Part shown: positions 61,310 to 64,000 of the stretch, one piece after another | How positions within the stretch are numbered: position 1 is the first letter of the stretch | Layout: every line of letters starts with the position of its first letter | Source of the DNA: Planctomycetota bacterium | GTDB lineage: Bacteria; Planctomycetota; UBA1135; UBA2386 | Direction: 5' to 3' | DNA length: 64,000 nt | NCBI GenBank assembly: GCA_046290465.1 | Contig: JBKAGP010000001.1 | Location: 1,920,001 to 1,984,000, forward strand | Made by a program: the position numbers and the translations under genes | Notes under the pieces: generated by a model | Seen by the model: the letters and a program-made list of their open reading frames with translations, nothing else | What the model was told of the DNA's origin: nothing | The model's database searches: none

Positions 61310-61993
61310 TTACTGGACGACGACCCAGGTGTTGCCGTCGCGAGCGACGGTGTTCGCGGCAACCGCGGCACCCATGCTGGCCGAGGCCGTCGCGACGAAC
61401 GCGTCGTCGAACGTCGGGACCGTGCTGGTCGCGTTGCTGTACTGCGTGTTGGCGCCGTTGGTGGCGAGCACGTCACCCGACTGGTTGATGAAGAACGTGC
61501 GGTTGCCGCTGTTGCCAGCGACGGCCGGCCACGCGTAGCAGCACCAGAGCACTTCGGCCTGGCCGGCGTCGACGCTCGAGCCGGTGTAGCCGCCCGTGGC
61601 GTCTTCGGCGATGCCCTGGGCCGTGGTGTCCGGCAGGAACATCTGGAATACGTAGCCCGAGCGCGTGACGCGCGAGGCGGCGATGTTGCCGAACGCGGCC
61701 GACAGGACCGGCGGCGTGATCGTGGCCGTGCTGCCGCGGATCGCGACGCGGCCCGACAGCTCGCCGAAGTAGCCGTACTCGCCCTGGCCGTTGCTGTTGG
61801 CGTCGATGACACCCGAAGCCTGGCACTGCGACTGGCCCGACGAGATGTTCTTCAGCGTGGCGATGGCGGCCGACTCGTTGGCGTTCAGGCGCGCGCTGAG
61901 GAGGTTCGGAATAGCGATCGATGCGATGATGGCGATGATCGCGACGACGATCATCAGTTCGATGAGCGTAAAGCCCTGTTCCCGCTTGGACAT
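61310..61993 (-). CDS. Type IV pilin (prepilin with class III signal peptide)
   Basis: MSKREQG|FTLIELMIVVAIIAIIASIAIPNLL; GGAGA RBS; C-terminal YAWP...GNRTFFINQSG; Ser/Thr-rich. Confidence 0.92.
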   Translation of the reverse strand: MSKREQGFTLIELMIVVAIIAIIASIAIPNLLSARLNANESAAIATLKNISSGQSQCQASGVIDANSNGQGEYGYFGELSGRVAIRGSTATITPPVLSAAFGNIAASRVTRSGYVFQMFLPDTTAQGIAEDATGGYTGSSVDAGQAEVLWCCYAWPAVAGNSGNRTFFINQSGDVLATNGANTQYSNATSTVPTFDDAFVATASASMGAAVAANTVARDGNTWVVVQ

Positions 61994-62081
61994 TTGGTTC
62001 TCCATTGACAACCGATTGATGGATGCAGCCCGACATGGGCCGCGTTTCGTTTCCCCTAACTCTCTTTCCTTCTGATCCCGC

Positions 62082-62960
62082 TCAGCGCCCAGGGGACGCC
62101 GGCTGCGAGACCGTGATCTGCTGGAAGCGCGCGTCGTGGCTGACGACCGACCAGGCATCCGCTTCGTCGCGAAGCTTCTGCCTCACCTCGGCCGGCCGCG
62201 CCTTGCTGACGCGCTCCAACATCTCGATGCAGGTATCGACGTCACCCTGACGCAACTTGAGGCGCGCAAGGTAGTAATCCGCGATTGGAACCTCGCCCTG
62301 GATGCTCTCGAGCGCATCGAGGGCATGCTGTTCCTGGCCCAGTTCGAGGTACTCGCGGCCCGCTTGCAGCCTTGCCACCGGCGATGCCTCGACGTCGCCG
62401 CGGACCACGTCGAGGCGCTGCACGGCCTCGTCGTCGCGACCGAGGCCGCGCAGAATCTGGGCCTCTTCGAGGCGTCGCTGGTGGCCGAAGCGTTCGTCGA
62501 GCGCTTCCTGGTTGCGGCGGAACACCTCGAGCGCCTGCACGCCGTCGCCGGCCTTGGCCAGCATGCGCGCCTGGTTGAACGCGAGGATGTCGTGCTGCTC
62601 GTCGCCGCAGTCCTCGCAGCGGCGAGCCGCGCCATAACACTGCGCCGCCTCGGCGAACTCGCCGTGCAGCATGTGCGCGAAGCCGCGGAACTCGGCGGTC
62701 ACCGCCATGCCCGGCTGCATCCGTTCGACCTTGGCGAGCTGGCCGACCGCCGCGGTGATCATGTTCTCGCGCGTGTCGAGCGCCTTGCCCTGCGCATCGG
62801 TGGCAGGGATCGCGTGCGCCATGCGCAGCTGCACGTCGGCGCTGCTCAGCAGCGTCATGACGTCGGCCTCGGTCTCGGTGTTGGCCCACATGACGGCGAT
62901 GCCGCCCATGGCCAGAACGGCGCCGCCGTACAGCAGCGCCCGACTCAACGGTTCGTTCAT
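62082..62960 (-). CDS. Membrane-anchored TPR protein
   Basis: N-terminal TM; TPR-like helices (AFNQARML, ADYYLARLKLRQGD). Confidence 0.75.
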   Translation of the reverse strand: MNEPLSRALLYGGAVLAMGGIAVMWANTETEADVMTLLSSADVQLRMAHAIPATDAQGKALDTRENMITAAVGQLAKVERMQPGMAVTAEFRGFAHMLHGEFAEAAQCYGAARRCEDCGDEQHDILAFNQARMLAKAGDGVQALEVFRRNQEALDERFGHQRRLEEAQILRGLGRDDEAVQRLDVVRGDVEASPVARLQAGREYLELGQEQHALDALESIQGEVPIADYYLARLKLRQGDVDTCIEMLERVSKARPAEVRQKLRDEADAWSVVSHDARFQQITVSQPASPGR

Positions 62961-62989
62961 AGCTTCCCTTCGCCTCTGCCGGTGGCGGC

Positions 62990-64000
62990 CTAGCCGCCCG
63001 ACAGCTTCTCCTGCAGCTTGAAGATCGGCAGGAACACCGCGAGCACGATGCCGCCGACGATCACGCCCATCACCGCGATCATGATCGGTTCGATCATCGA
63101 GGTGAGTCCCTTCACCTCGGCCTCGACCTGCTGGTCGTAGAACTCGGCGATCTTCTCGAGCAGCGCGTCGAGCGCGCCGGAGCGCTCCCCGATCGCCATC
63201 ATCTTGACGACCATCGGCGGGAACACCGTCGACTGCATGAACGGCTCGGACAGGCTGTCGCCGTTCCTGACGCTGTCCTTGGCGCGGTCGACGATGCCCG
63301 AGATGACCTTGTTGCCCGCGGTGTCGGACACGATCTCCATCGCGCCGAGGATCGGCACGCCGGACTTGACCAGCGTCGAGAACGTGCGCGCGAAGCGCGA
63401 CAGCGCGACCTTCTTGAACAGGATGCCGAACACCGGGACGCGCAGCATCACCATGTCCTTGATGTAGCAGCCCTTCTCGGTCTTGCAGGCCGCGCCGATC
63501 CCGAAGAACGCTGCACCGATGCCGCCGAAGATGACGTACCAGTAGTTCTTCATGAAGAACGCGATGTCCATCGTCAGCACCGTGAGCGGCGGCAGGTCGA
63601 CCTCGAGCGACTCGAACACCGGCTTGAACGATGGCACGATGCCGATCATCAGGAACGACGCGATGCCGATGACGAGCACCAGCGAGATGACCGGATAGGT
63701 CATCGCCGACTTGATCTCGTTGCGCAGGTGGGCCGCCGCCTCGAGGTACTCCGCGAGGCGCTGCAGGATGATGTCGATCTGACCCGACACCTCACCGGCG
63801 CGGATCATGCTGACGTAGATGTGGCTGAAGACCTTCTTGTGCGGCTCGAGCGCCTTGCTGAGGTCGGAGCCGTTGCGGATGTCGTCGACGACCTTGTCGA
63901 GACAGAACGCGAAGCCGGGGCTCTCGGCCTGGTCCGCGAGGATCTCGAGCGCCTCGAGCATCGGGATACCCGCGCCGAGCATCGTCGACAGCTGCCGCGT
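62990..64000 (-). CDS. pilC: PilC / type II secretion system F family platform protein (5' end outside the window)
   Basis: RQLSTMLGAGIP, AGEVSG, SAMTYP, RFARTFSTLVKSGVP, GERSG, IEP, FLPIF. Confidence 0.92.
   Translation of the reverse strand, partial: TRQLSTMLGAGIPMLEALEILADQAESPGFAFCLDKVVDDIRNGSDLSKALEPHKKVFSHIYVSMIRAGEVSGQIDIILQRLAEYLEAAAHLRNEIKSAMTYPVISLVLVIGIASFLMIGIVPSFKPVFESLEVDLPPLTVLTMDIAFFMKNYWYVIFGGIGAAFFGIGAACKTEKGCYIKDMVMLRVPVFGILFKKVALSRFARTFSTLVKSGVPILGAMEIVSDTAGNKVISGIVDRAKDSVRNGDSLSEPFMQSTVFPPMVVKMMAIGERSGALDALLEKIAEFYDQQVEAEVKGLTSMIEPIMIAVMGVIVGGIVLAVFLPIFKLQEKLSGG

Overview
A very GC-rich bacterial window (roughly 70% GC by eye, not computed) that is densely coding, mostly on the minus strand. 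The gene content (many secreted HEAT/TPR proteins, large Gly-rich lipoproteins, the pilin type) suggests an uncultured Planctomycetota-like organism, but that is inference only. I can support about 52 CDS and one tRNA-Thr(CGT). I see no integrase, transposase, rRNA or CRISPR array. Most long ORFs in the supplied track are GC-bias shadow ORFs, and many starts were moved to downstream ATG/GTG codons. Recognisable genes include an rluD-like synthase, an HD-GYP regulator, cls, an NtrC-family regulator, hutU/hutH, an ECF sigma with a FecR-like anti-sigma, apaG, comM, cutA, nrnA, mog, cystathionine beta-synthase, tatD and pilC. The most interesting unexplained systems are: (1) three paralogous ~900-aa lipoproteins (Cys-rich knot, tandem Ig-like domains, polyglycine domain), two of which head a long operon containing a GT-C glycosyltransferase; (2) a pilC-TPR-pilin-GT2-GT4-TMTC-like locus that looks like a TMTC-type pilin/protein O-glycosylation system; (3) an ECF/FecR-hutH-hutU-halogenase-LolA operon; (4) a secreted HEAT protein with a pseudo-receiver domain; and (5) an unknown protein with a poly-Arg disordered region and a possible BECR-type RNase domain. 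Two neighbouring lipoprotein genes near 24-25 kb appear damaged: one has a lost stop codon and one a G6 frameshift. All family assignments come from motif recognition by eye; no database search was run.
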